DNA of 64,000 nt from assembly GCA_951406725.2 (NCBI GenBank), contig OX597817.1:100502001-100566000 (forward strand). Reading direction: 5' to 3'. Positions 1 through 13,613 of the stretch are shown one piece after another. Each line of letters starts with the position of its first letter. The first letter of the stretch is position 1. Below the pieces are notes generated by a model. The model saw nothing but the letters and a program-made list of their open reading frames with translations, did not search any database and was not told the DNA's origin. This stretch comes from Octopus vulgaris (taxonomy: Eukaryota). The position numbers were made by a program, and so were the translations under genes.

Positions 1-340
1 AGAGTAATCCATACTGTATATTTGCAGCACAATAGCAAAGTGTAAACGCTTTATTAATAAGGACAAGCGGATCGTTTCTGATGCCCACTTTTAGTTTTGT
101 TGTTAAAAATCAGCATTTTAATAAAAATATAGTCGCCTCCAAGAGAAGCCTGACTACCCTATCTACACAAAACAATTAACTACAAATCTACTTCTATGTA
201 CACAGCCGCAGTTTCTTGCGTTCTATGTACTTCTTTTCCATCAGTTAATACACCCACTATATGGCCATAGCAAATGGAAGGAAAAACAGTGTCAAAGTGG
301 CGTGACGATCTCTCCCGCGCTCTCCCACCCCACACACAGA

Positions 341-763
341 GGCGCAGGCGTGGCTGTGTGGTAAGAAGTTTGCTTTGCAGCCTCATGGTTCCGGTTCAAA
401 CCCCCTGCGTGACATCTTGGGCAAGTGACTTCTTCTACAGACGCAGGCTTACCAAAGTCTTGAGTGGATTTGGTAGACGAAAATCAAGAGAAGTCTATCG
501 TTTATTTATAAATATATATATATGTATATATCTATGTGTGTGTATCTTTGTGTATGAGTCAGTCCTCCATCACCGCTTGACAACGAGCAATAATGTGTTT
601 ACGTCCCCGTTACTTAGCGGCTCGGCAAAAGTAAGTGATAGAATAAGTACCAGGCTTTTCAAATAAAAAAAAAAAATGAGTACTGGTGTTGATTTGTTAG
701 ACTAAAATTCCTGAAAGCGGTACCCTAGCATGGCCGCAGTTTAATGACTGAAACAAGAATAAA
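341..763 (+). mobile_element. tRNA-derived SINE (octopus-type family A), diverged copy
   Basis: Head GGCGCAGGCGTGGCTGTGTGGTAAG with B-box-like GGTTCAAACCC. Shares the core GAGTGGATTTGGTAGACG and the 3' tail CATGGCCGCAGTTTAATGACTGAAAC with the copies at 21861 and 53547. Confidence 0.85.
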
Positions 764-765
764 CA

Positions 766-813
<48 letters not shown>

Positions 814-1482
814 AGAATTCACAAAAAAAAAACAAAAGACGAAGACAGGTGGTGTAGACAACAAACAACAGATGTATTAGTTTAACGCTCGGGAAGTGAA
901 TACCGGACAGAAGAGTCTCACAGGAGAGCTAGGAAGAAGGGGAGATAATAAAGTAGTGTTAGGAAGAAGAGGAGCTCGGAAGGAGGGGTGATAATAAAGT
1001 AGTGGTGATCCCAAAACGAAGGTGCGCGTGCGTGTGTATAAGAGAGTATGTATGTACGTGTGGAAGAGGGCTGGTGACCTTGAAGTGTGCGTGTATGTGT
1101 ATGTGTAAGTGTGAGGATGTGGGGCTGGGAAGTGGTCAGTGATAGTGTGTGCGTGGTGGTGTGATGTGATGTAATGTGTTGTGTGGTATTGTGGTGTATG
1201 GTGTAGTGGTGTGTGGTGTGAGCGGTTATAATAACCGACTAAGGGATAAAATATCCGTATATACTATCGGTATCTGTTACCCGTGTTATCTCTGGGTATG
1301 GATATGCAGGCACACTATGCTCTTAGAGTACAGGTAACAACAGAATAAACAAAGTTTACCAGGAATCAAATATAATTAATTAGAAAATAGAGAATAACTC
1401 AGATCAGCAAACAAAACAATTGGATCTCATCTCAAGCTTATTATCTAATACAAAACATGACATAACATTTATGTGACATAAC

Positions 1483-1582
1483 AATTCTTACGGCCGTTTC
1501 CGCTTCCGATGTCAATTCAGTGCATAATATCCTTCAATTCCTAGGACGTTCGAGCTAGAACACGGAGCTTCATCAGAGTTAA
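1483..1582 (-). ncRNA. Minimal type-I hammerhead ribozyme motif in a PLE pseudo-LTR remnant
   Basis: Minus strand reads CTGATGA-agctccg...cggaagcg-GAAA-CGGCCG-TA. Stem III is palindromic; stem I is weak. Confidence 0.65.
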
Positions 1583-1987
1583 TACAAAAGCGTCCAAAAT
1601 AAACAAAAGGTAGAGGGAATAGGAAGGGAAACATGGCCTAGAGAAGTCTAGAAGCCCAGTATATTATAAACATCCAGTCACCCAACTTAGGGCCTCGAAG
1701 TCAGTACGTAAAAGAGAGCTCTAGCAATGGTCTACAGAAAAAAAATTCGGTTTATTTCAATATAAAGGGGGAACCAAGATGTTTAAACAATTGTGAAAAG
1801 AACCGAGCATAAAAAATAATACAAGAAAATTATTAACATGTCTCTAAAAGGGCATTACACTAAGCTAACGTAAATAACTCTAGTTAATATTTATCCAAAA
1901 CCGTTTCAATAGATATATAAATTAGCAAATAAAAAATAAAAAATAAATAAGTAAAGGGTGCGGATGAGAAGACTATGATATAAGTAG

Positions 1988-2925
1988 TGCGGGACCGCTT
2001 ATGTCCTTCTGTAGCATTGTGACATAACATAGATAATAGAAAAATAAATTAATACGATTAAATGGATAAAAAAAAAACCAACTTATAGTTAAGGGGAGAC
2101 AACTAGTACAGATATTTCATAAGAAAAACAACTGCTAAAACAATGTTGGAATTTACATCCTAGATAGCAAATATAAATCGAATGGTGATAAAAATAGACA
2201 AACAATTAAATGTGTACACGTACTTAAGAAAATACCACCTTGTAGGTATACGACATAACAAAATGACAAAACCACTAACATATAAGCGATTAAGACCAAA
2301 TCGTGTGTTACTTAATATCATGAAAATAATTCACATGTTAAAACAGTTTACTAAAGATACTTAATAAGCATTACATTATCCTTAAAGTTAGATAGTTAAT
2401 TTAATTTAATTTGATAATTTAAAAAATTATGTTAACCTCTAGATGGGAGCAGTCAATGAATATAGTTTTCATAATCAAACAGTTTACTAAATATACTTTC
2501 ATATTGTTAAATTTAATAATTAAAAAATTAAAAAATTATATAGACCCTAAGTGGGTGCAGACATATTATTTCCACCAACAGATTATACTTTCAGTCTTAC
2601 ATAATAAATCCAACTTGATCGCACTACTCGAAAGACAATGACAATGTATGGTGCACCTATAAGGTGGTATTTTCTTAAGTACGTGTACACATTTAATTGT
2701 TTGTCAATTTTTACCACCATTCGTTTTATATTTGCTATCTAGGATGTAATTCCAACATTGTTTTAGCAGTTGTTCATTTTTATGAAACATCTCTACTAGT
2801 TGCTTCCCCTTAACTATAAGTTTTTTTTTGTATCCATTTGTCCGTATTTATTTATTTATTTTTCCTATTATTTATGTTATTTATGTTATGTCGCGATGCT
2901 GCAGAAGGACGTAAGCAGCCTCGCA
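1988..2925. repeat. Long imperfect inverted repeat (arms about 1988-2249 and 2656-2925)
   Basis: aaatgtgtacacgtacttaagaaaataccacctt in the left arm is the reverse complement of aaggtggtattttcttaagtacgtgtacacattt in the right arm. Similarity extends about 260 bp. Confidence 0.85.
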
Positions 2926-2929
2926 GGAA

Positions 2930-3886
2930 GAGAGAGTAGAACGCCCATCAACCTCCATCACTGACGAGAAGATTCAGCAAACTCGAGAAATGGTAATGGT
3001 TAACAGGCAAGTTATCCTCGATGAGATAGCTCATTCTCTGCAGATTAGTCATGGTTCTGCCTATCAAATCATCCAGAATCAGCTCGGTTTCCATAAAGTC
3101 TGTGCAAGGTGGGTGCCAAGAGAGCTTACTGCATAGCACAAGCGCAAACGCCTTGAGGTCTGTCAACGTTTACTCGATCGCTACAACAACGAGAGCGCGG
3201 AATTTTTGCGCAGAATTGTCATAGGAGATAAAACGTGGGTGCATCATTATGAGGCAAATTCCAAAAGACAGAGTGTGGAGTGGAAACATCCTGGTTCGCC
3301 AGCGACGAAGAAATTCAAGACTCAGTATTCCGTGGGAAAGGTGATGCTAACCCTTTTTTGGGACTCAAAAAGGCCTATACTGGAAGACTGCCTGGAAAAG
3401 GAGTATGCGATCAACAGCGCAAGACACAGTGCTTTGCTGGCCAACAAACTGAAGGCAACAATTCGCGCCAAACGCCGAAGCCTATTGTCAAAGAAAGTTT
3501 TGTTGTTGCATGACAATGCACGCCCACACACAGCCGCCCATACCGTTGAAACCGTTAGCCAATTGAGTTTTGAGGCGCTGGAACACCCTGATTACAGCCC
3601 AGATCTTACCCCTTCCGACTATCATATATTTGGACCACTCAAAGATGGTTTACGAGGTCGTCTATTTCCTACGGATGAAGATGTGAAGGAAGCGGTGCAT
3701 AAATGGTTGCACGACCAACCGATCATCATCTTCTTAGAGGGAATACGTAAGCTTCTGGACTGCTGGACTAAGTGCATCGAAAAGGAAGGAGACTATATAG
3801 AAAAATGACGTACTTGTTTATCCCCTGTTTTTGTGTAAATACATTGAAAAAACAAGAGTTTGTATAATTTTTGACTCTCCCTCGTA
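2930..3886 (+). mobile_element. Mariner (DD34D) transposon, 5'-truncated; transposase ORF 3206-3808
   Basis: Motifs IVIGDKTWVHHYE, LLHDNARPH and HPDYSPDLTPSDYH. 3' TIR ends TTTTGACTCTCCCTCGTA at 3886. Confidence 0.92.
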
Positions 3887-4996
3887 TATATGATATTTGC
3901 TTAAAAATATCCAGGTGAATGATATGTGCGTGGAACTCAGGTCATTTGAAAGACATTTAAAAAATAGAATTACAACAACTTGGTTTTCCAAAGGTTTAGG
4001 ATCTGACTTTCACTTTTGTCATTCGATATTTAATATAATTTCGTTTGGTGGCCGGTAATGAATTGTATTTTATTTTCTGAAGTCGTGTGTGCAGTCAACT
4101 TATTTGTCATTGACTTCAAATGTATCAGGTTGTTTTTATCTTTGTTGTTGGTAGTGTTATACTTATAATTGGACACACACGTGCACACGCATATATATAT
4201 ACACGCACATACGTACATAAATTCAAATTATTTTGACTTCTAAAAAATGAATCTTATCGCGACGAACTGGTAACAATACTCGCTTTGTGCCTTTGTTCTT
4301 TCAATCGGTCTTTAACATCCAACCGGTTTTCATATGCCACAGGGAACTTCCGGGGTCAGTGATCACATTTTAATCTGTTCACATAAAGCTTTTATTATTT
4401 TAGAATAGAATAATCCTTCTTGTGTTCTTTCATAGATGTACACACACTTTCCAGCATTGTGAAAATAAATTGCTTTGTCTTTAAATGAATCAGTGTCAAA
4501 ATATTGTGAAATATGAAATATGTTGCACAACTGGGAAACGACGATTTCGGGATAAATTTATAGTCAATCATATTGGAAGAAAAATATGCAGTTCGTATCA
4601 GTGATAAAATATGATACATAGAATATTTTATTTCTGAAGAAACGAAAAAAATAGTTTTGTATAGCACGTGTGTATGTGTATGCGTGAATGTGTGTATAGG
4701 GTTTGCATAAGTATGTGTATGAATAGGAAAAACATTTGAGATTGGTGTCAAAAATCCACCACTTTTGTGTGGCTATCTTAGTTTAGTTGAGACAGAGAGT
4801 AAAAGATAAAAGACGGTTGACAGTGCGCCATACAATGAATTAAATAGTCCAAGCTCTGCGGCGTCTCGCCACTTCTCATGGAAAATATATCTTAAGACAG
4901 TTATGAAAGCAAATGAGTCTATGGCCAGAGAATACCAAAGGATTTTGGTTAATATTTACAACTTAACCCAGAAACAAAAATCAAACAAAAATAACC

Positions 4997-6446
<1,450 letters not shown>

Positions 6447-6914
6447 TTATACATTTTGGGATACTTACCCCCGTGTTCCGAGAGTTAAAAAGGTCGAGTT
6501 GCGTCCCCTAGACAGTCTGTAGAAAATGTGTTGCATATAAAAAGCTTAGATTATCGACCCATGTCGAATTTATCGATTTTTTTCAGAACTGGGGGAACTT
6601 TTCAAAATTTTTGCTGCGTTAGTTTTGAATTATGACATTGGGCTACGTGTGTGTCAAGTTTCATCAGAATCGGTTGAAAGCCGTGGTCAGGGTGAGGGTA
6701 CAACCTGACAGACACACAGACAGACAAACTGCCGTTTATATATAGAGAGATTTCCTTAAAAGGGATGTAAAACATCTAATTCACTGGTGCAGCAGTTGAA
6801 TACCACTGAGAAAAGGGGTATAAGCACAAATATTAAATGAAATGGGGAAATGCTATTGACAAATTAACAATTTATTTACATTATAATATAATATAATGTA
6901 TTATAAAAATACAA

Positions 6915-7427
6915 TCTATATATATAAAACTGTAGTTGTGTGAGTGTCTGTCCCCTTCGATTTAGATTCCTAACTACTCCCACATTTTGCGGTGCAGTTT
7001 AACCAAATTCGGGTATCTTATAGTCGTGATTCATATCGAGCCCGTCTGAGTATTAGCGCGCGTCTACGATGAGTCTACGATTTTAAAAATAATTTAACAT
7101 CATTTTTTATTCCATTTTAATGTATAATTTTTCGTGTGTCGATGGCGGCGGAGTTGGCGTCCATGGTCACACCTGCACCTGTTTGCTTCTCCCATTTCTT
7201 CCCTCCCTCGTGAAGCTGTGGGGAAGGGAGTGTAAGGAAATCAACGTCGTAAAGCGTTGTCAAGGAGACCAGCGTTCTTTTAGAACAACGACTTCATGGC
7301 TTGAATACACCAAAACAGAAATGGCTAAGAAAGCCCGAATTGGCATCTATAAGGGAAGTAACTCTCTAAAAATGCTTATATAGTTATTTCCCTTACAGAC
7401 CCGAGCAACGCCGGGCGATACTGCTAG
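6915..7427 (+). mobile_element. Non-autonomous Helitron
   Basis: A|TCTATATATATAAAA 5' end, 3' hairpin CCCGAGCAACGCCGGG, terminal CTAG|T, inserted between A and T. Same family as 32009-32404. Confidence 0.88.
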
Positions 7428-7470
7428 TATAATATAAATATTATAATATAACAAATGAAAAAAACATATA

Positions 7471-7550
7471 AAAGCAACAATTTGTTTCGACTTGTATACA
7501 TTAGTTGATTTATAAAAAACTTCTATGTATACAAGTCTCTTCCGGGCCTT
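7471..7550 (-). ncRNA. Hammerhead-like variant
   Basis: Minus strand reads aaggc-CCGGAAGA-gacttgtatacat...atgtatacaagtc-GAAA-caaattg-TT-gcttt. Stem II is a perfect 13 bp; the core is atypical. Confidence 0.5.
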
Positions 7551-7966
7551 GGTTCAAAAGACAGACGAAATTCCATATAAAAAACAGCCAAATTGCAAAA
7601 ATATACTAATTCAAAATATTTATGTTTAGGAGCTTGAGCGTTAAAATACAAATATATAAGTACAATAAAATACAAATATATAAGTACAATGAAAGAACAA
7701 CAAAATTCAAATGTATAAAATAATTAAGTAAAGAAAATTTACAACGGTCATAAAAAGTTTTTATATACATCTCCAATAATATCAATCTAAATGTAGTTAA
7801 ATCGAAAATAATCACTGGCCATTTTAATAATATATAATAATGTATATAAATAAATAAATTATGAGAGTTTGGCGTAGTTTTACAGACGGAAATAAAATGT
7901 TAATCCAAAATTTTTATTCTATAAATAAATATGCGTATACATGTTCAAAATATGGATGATTACTAA

Positions 7967-8006
<40 letters not shown>

Positions 8007-8474
8007 TATGTATAGTATAATATAATGTATAATAGCTACTCACATTTATTTATTGTTACTGATATAAACAATATTCTAAGTAACCAACAAGTAAAAAGTC
8101 CCAATTTAGTTTATCAGAGAAAAAACCTTCGTAAATAAGATAAACAAAAACATAGTTACGTATTATAGACTGTATTATGTCTTAGATAATGAGAAAATAA
8201 ACTATAAATAAAAGTATATCACATTTTCATTTTTACTAAGTTTTTCAGTAGGAACGAAATTAGAGTAAGTCAATAGTTATATACTAAATTACTTAGTTTA
8301 TCAGAGTAAATCAAAGCTTTTATATTTATAAATCAATTAGCTACAGAAAATAGCCGGAAATAAGTACTTGCAATATAAAAGTTTTTGATCAGAATATGGC
8401 ATTATATAAAATTATTCATTTATTATTATTATCCTTAATTAATAAATTAATAAATAAATCAGTTTATATATTTA

Positions 8475-10223
8475 CTAGCAGCTAAGCCCGGTTTCACTCG
8501 GTCAGGGAACGACGCGAAGAGAAAAACGAAAGAAGTGAACATGAAGTGTTGTTTGGGCGGTGGATCTTGGTAGAAAAAAAAAGAATGTCAGTCATTGTGA
8601 GTTCGTAAGGAGAGCAAAGCAAGACTGGACCTACGTGGGCTGGCAGGACGATGAAAAAATTGCGGAGTTGAAATTAGAGCAGTTGAAGTTACCGTTGTTA
8701 TCATTGGAGTGCCTCTTGGTAGACAACATTCTTCGTCCTTCCCTCGAGTGTACAAATGGAAAGACCATGGGGACTGTCAACACGGGAGCAGCTAACATAC
8801 ACTTGTCCGCGTGAGAATACTTGCTCTGTCAGATTCAAATCAACCACTTGCAGTGATTGTCCCTGCGCCTTGTTGACTGTCATAGCAAAGCAGAGTTTGA
8901 TGGGAAATTGCACCCATTTAAATTTGTAGGTCGTATCGGAGGGAATGAAGGATATAGGAGTTATAATGACGTCTTTGCCAGCCGCCGGTCCATTCAAGAT
9001 TGTTGCCTGGAGAACTCGGGAGCACAATATTTTGATAATCATCCGCGTACCATTGCACATTATTGGAACATCTAAACTCCTTAGCAGCATGATTGGCGCG
9101 CCAACCTTCAGATGCAGTTCGTGAGGTGGTAGTCCTGCGGGTGTTTGCGAGTTAAGGAATTCAGGTGTAGCTTTTCTCAACCTTATCATTTCGGCTCCCC
9201 TGTTTCGGTTGGAGCCTCCAGCTGCACGAAAATTTTCTGATCCCCCCACTTTTCGTCAGATTTGTCATGGGCCTGTCGGTCTATCTAAAATACATGGGGA
9301 GATGAATTTTTTCATCAACACAGGGGAGCCAAAATAAATTTTTTCAATGTCCAATGGAAGCCGAATCGTGAAAAAGGTTGAGAAATGCTGATCTATTACG
9401 ATGGTTTTTATTTAGGCACATCGTAAAAGTATTTTAAAAAAATTGTTAAATATAAAGAAAAATATGTTTTTTGAAGCAAATGCAGTTAGAAAAAATATTT
9501 GCCATTTCAAGTCATCACTAAAAACAAAGCTCAATTTTTGAATGAAATAATAATTTTATTCTTTTATTGTAAGTTGTAAATTTTGCCCGAGAAATAAAGC
9601 AAATAATCACGAAATGCATTGTTAAAAATCTGCAACTCGATAGCAAATCTCTCCAAATTGATTAGAAATGCATAAATTTAATAATAATGACGCTAAATAA
9701 AGTCTGGTCGAGGAATACCAAAGAAATTACTTTATATTAACAAAAAACAGACACGTGCTTTTATAGAGAACAGATTGTACTCAAGTGAAACATACCAAAT
9801 ACACAGTTGAAACGCTGTAGGATTTTTCTTTTCAGCGTTGAATGTTACCATCTCACTTCCATTGCGTGCACACGCGCACACATACACAAACACGCACATA
9901 AACACATACGCGCGCACACACACACATTCACATTCACCCCCCCTTTTACATACACACAGATATATTCACACAGAGTTGAAAAGCTGACATCACCCTTCCT
10001 TCCTTATTTATGTATCATCCCTTCCTTTCTCATTCATAAACAAGAGTATTATTATAGGAGATTATCTCGCAAACCACGGGAGCTATGAAAAAAATAAAAA
10101 ATTCAGCATCATCACCGTATCATTCTATACATGTGTGTAATTTTTCGCGCAATTCCACCCAGCCGTTTGACCGTGAATCGCAAGACAAGAAAGAATCGCC
10201 CATGTCATATTTATATGTATAGA
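8475..10223 (-). mobile_element. Non-autonomous Helitron carrying a Pif1-like helicase C-terminal fragment (8701-9165)
   Basis: Terminal CTAG at 8475 with an adjacent hairpin; 5' TCTATAC at 10223. Protein motifs PHELHLKVGAPIMLLR, FAMTVNKAQGQSL, FSRGQVYVSCSRV. Confidence 0.85.
9168..9390. mobile_element. Putative hAT-type MITE inside the Helitron
   Basis: Terminal inverted repeats tagcttttctcaacctt / aaggttgagaaatgctg. No clear TSD. Confidence 0.45.
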
Positions 10224-10904
10224 TGACTTTAGTCAATGTAGAACATAAATATTTTTCATTATTTTTCCCACATTGATTTTAGTCTACAATTCCTATAAGC
10301 TCAAAAATGCATATTAGCTTGCTGGTATTCGAACCTCAGATCAAGCAATTTCAACTTGTGCAGGCTAAGTGACTTAATAAGTATCCAAACGTACATGTAA
10401 CCTTGAGATAGAAATCAATTGACACCTTTTGACATGAAGCAGTTTACATACATTGCTAACTTAACTTCTCGCTGCATGTGAATCGATAAATCCTTCTGCG
10501 CTTTTACGCTCAGCTTTGCACAAAATAGTAAAAAAAAAAAAATGAATCCTAATTTTTTCTTCCCTTTGTATTGAAAGTTTTGAAAAACGAACCCTCTCCA
10601 CTATATGTAGAAAAAATAGCACTATTTCACAAAATTGGTTTGATCAAAATCACTCAAAGCACGGCTGATGGCAGGCGCAATCACCTTTGAATGAGGAATT
10701 GCATTAGAAAAAGTTTTAATCGATTTTCTAGGTAACTATGGGGGATAGGAAAAAAATGCAAACGACAGCACAATTCATGGACCCGTCTCCACTTGTATGC
10801 CATTTTTCACGCGAATCCACCCAGCCGTTTGGCTGTGAACCTCAAGACAAGAAATAAAGAATACAAGAATACAACGATCGCCCATGTCCAATTTATATAA
10901 TAGA

Positions 10905-11651
10905 CTAGCTTAAGGTGACCCGCTCTAGGCGCGGGTGAGGGTGTGTTTGTTACTTTCTGTTGCTTCCTTTCTGTTTCTTATCGTCACATCCTCCCTCTTT
11001 GTTTCTCTCTTCTTTCTCTCTCACTTTCCCACTCTCTTACTCTTCCTTTCTCTCGGACTCTCCCTCGCTTTCTCTTACGCGTGCACGTAAAATCACAAAA
11101 AATAATTCAAAATTACTTAAATTTTTGTGAAATTTGATACTTTTTTCTGGAATATTTTGACGGTTCATGATTCAAATGAAAGCTAAAATTTTGGCCTTTA
11201 ACACAATGCTATTTTTACCCACGTCAACCAAATAATGCAAACAGAAAAAAATTAAATCTAAAAATAGGGCAAAAAAGTACTCTTTTTAAAAGTTGAAAAA
11301 TTTTACCCCCCCTTTCTAAAATCCCCCATATTTTTACAACCACAATTAAAGATAGCCCCCGCAGCAACACGAAAAGCCACCATTATTCAAACAGCGCAAC
11401 CTGTCTATCCCATAAAACTCAATTTTTCCCATATTCCTCACCATGGCAACCAAACGGTAGCCCCGAGCGACTTGCAACGGTAGCCCCGAGCGACTCTTCA
11501 CCCCATTGGCCACCCCCATTTTACCCCCCAGTGTAAATATTGGCACCAATCCGACCCTATCTACCGCCCTTTAAACCGTTCCCATCCCCAAATGAGACAA
11601 ATAACCAAGAAATCAAACACCTTTTTCTCATTTCAGCTTTATAGATATTGA
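10905..11651 (-). mobile_element. Non-autonomous Helitron abutting the 5' end (10904) of another Helitron
   Basis: CTAG at 10905-10908 followed by hairpin ACCCGC-TCTAGGC-GCGGGT. Minus-strand 5' TCAATATCTATAAAG at 11651. Confidence 0.65.
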
Positions 11652-11658
11652 TGATTAT

Positions 11659-11689
<31 letters not shown>

Positions 11690-11702
11690 TACATACATAC
11701 AT

Positions 11703-11750
<48 letters not shown>

Positions 11751-12173
11751 TTATACACACACACACACACACATATATATAAATCAACACAATATATCTT
11801 ATTAATAATATCTGTTATGATTGTGCGGTGGTGGTGGGCGATAATAATTCACTGTTCTAAAAAACTTGTAGCGGGAATATTTAAACTTTTGCGGCTGTCA
11901 ACGCTCTCCCTCTATAGATACAGACAGACGTACAGTGAGAAAGGTGGTGGGAGAAAAAGCGACAGATAGACGGCGAAGGCGGAGAGGGAATGAGAGTGGA
12001 AGGTGTCACACGTCGTTATAGAGAGAATAAATATCACGATTAAAGGACTTTAAAGTGCTGGGTCAAGAAATTGGTCACCAGCTCAATGCCTAAGTGTTTA
12101 TGATATTTTAAGGAAGCACAATCTAAACATCCTTCGGAGAAATGGTAATTAGCTGTCGCTAATAATTGTGTTA

Positions 12174-13405
12174 TACGAGGGGCGTTCAATAAGTAATGCC
12201 CCTGACCCACTTCCCATAGCAGTAGAGCAACGACACTTGGCACAGTTATTAGTCTTTTCCTACATAGGAACTACCCAGAGTTATGCATTTCTCCCATTGT
12301 TTGATACAGCTCTGGAGACCGTTTTTGTAGAAGACCCCAGCTTGGTCCTCCAACCACGACGTGACTTCAGAAATCAAGGCTGCATCATCTGGGAAACGCT
12401 TTCCTTTCAAAATCAACTTCATGGCTGGGAAGAGGTGAAAATCAGAGGGTGCAAGGGGAGGAGTTCATAGCTGCACGCCTGTGCTTCTGATCTGGTGACA
12501 CGCGAGTTGTCCTGCAGGAGGAGGATGCCTTTGCTGATCTTGCCCCGCTTCTTGATTTTGATAGCTTCTCTTAATTTCCTCAAAAGTGAAGCATAATAGG
12601 CTCCTGTAATTGTGGTACCCTTTGCCAGGAAATCTGTCATCACTACTCCGTCCTGGTCCCAGAAGACTGTGAGCATAACCTTGTCAGCGGATGGCTGCAC
12701 CCTTGCCTTCTTTGGAGGAGGTGAGTCACGGTGCTTTCACTGCATTGGTCTATGGATCATAGTGATGGACCCAGGTTTTATCCTGTGTGATCAGTCTTTT
12801 GAAAAATTTTGACTCATCTTCTTGGCACATCTCCAAATTCATCCTCGAGCACTCAACGCGTTCTTGCTTCTGGAAAGGTGTGAGCAACCTGGAAATCCAT
12901 CTGGCAGACACCTTTTGCATATGCAAATGGTCATGAATGATAGTTTCCACAGACCCGGTACTAATCTTGACCTTATGGGTTATTTGGCGAATAGTTATGC
13001 GTTGACCTTCCAAAATGGCAGCCTCAACTTGACGGACAGACGTCTCATCAATGGCAGAAGGGGGCGACCAGATCTGGGAGCTGTTTCCACAGAGTTCCGA
13101 CTATGTTTGAATTCACAATGCCAGCGTTTTACAAGGTCATATGATGGGGTATCATCACCATAAGTTACTTTCATTTCATCAAAAGTCTCCCGTGGTGTGC
13201 GTCCTTTCAAATACAAAAACCAGATCACTGCTCGACACTCAACAGGCTCCATTTCACACTTGACTCAGTTCAAACACCTGTAAATCAGAAACCACAATTA
13301 GTTCAGAGCTGTAATTTGCCACTTAATCTATAGAGGTATAAATAAGTGCACATGCAAAATTTCAGCTAGATCAAACAACTGCAAGTGGGTCAGGGGCATT
13401 ACTTA
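12174..13405 (-). mobile_element. Mariner transposon, defective, with one TIR clipped
   Basis: TIR TACGAGGGGCGTTCAATAAGTAATGCCCCTGACCCACTT. Motifs LITQDKTWVHHYDP and VMLTVFWD. Same family as 58690-59969. Confidence 0.93.
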
Positions 13406-13439
13406 GTATCTTTTTTTAAAAAAACAAAAAAAACTTGTA

Positions 13440-13598
13440 TTAACAGGTTCAATGAAGTCGCTCGGAGGTGGGGCCGAACGGCTTCATTTCATCTTTCATT
13501 ATATTTAATTCATCCTTCTCATTCGTTTTGTTTCTTTTTTGTTCCCACCTTGTGCTATTCCCTCTATGTACGGCTTTCATAGCCAATATAATGAAATA
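13440..13598 (+). mobile_element. 3' UTR remnant of an L1/Tx1-like LINE
   Basis: ctatgtacggctttcatagccaatataatgaaataaa resembles the 3' end of the downstream LINE (ctatgtgcggcttccatggtcactttatgaaataaa). Confidence 0.65.
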
Positions 13599-13613
13599 AA
13601 GAAGCTTGCTTCC

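Noticed and set aside
3206-3808. SETMAR-like or other domesticated transposase gene (likewise ZMYM1 at 55200-56146)
   Set aside because: No fused host domain; TIRs are present; the 3206 copy is 5'-truncated and the hAT copy carries stops and frameshifts.
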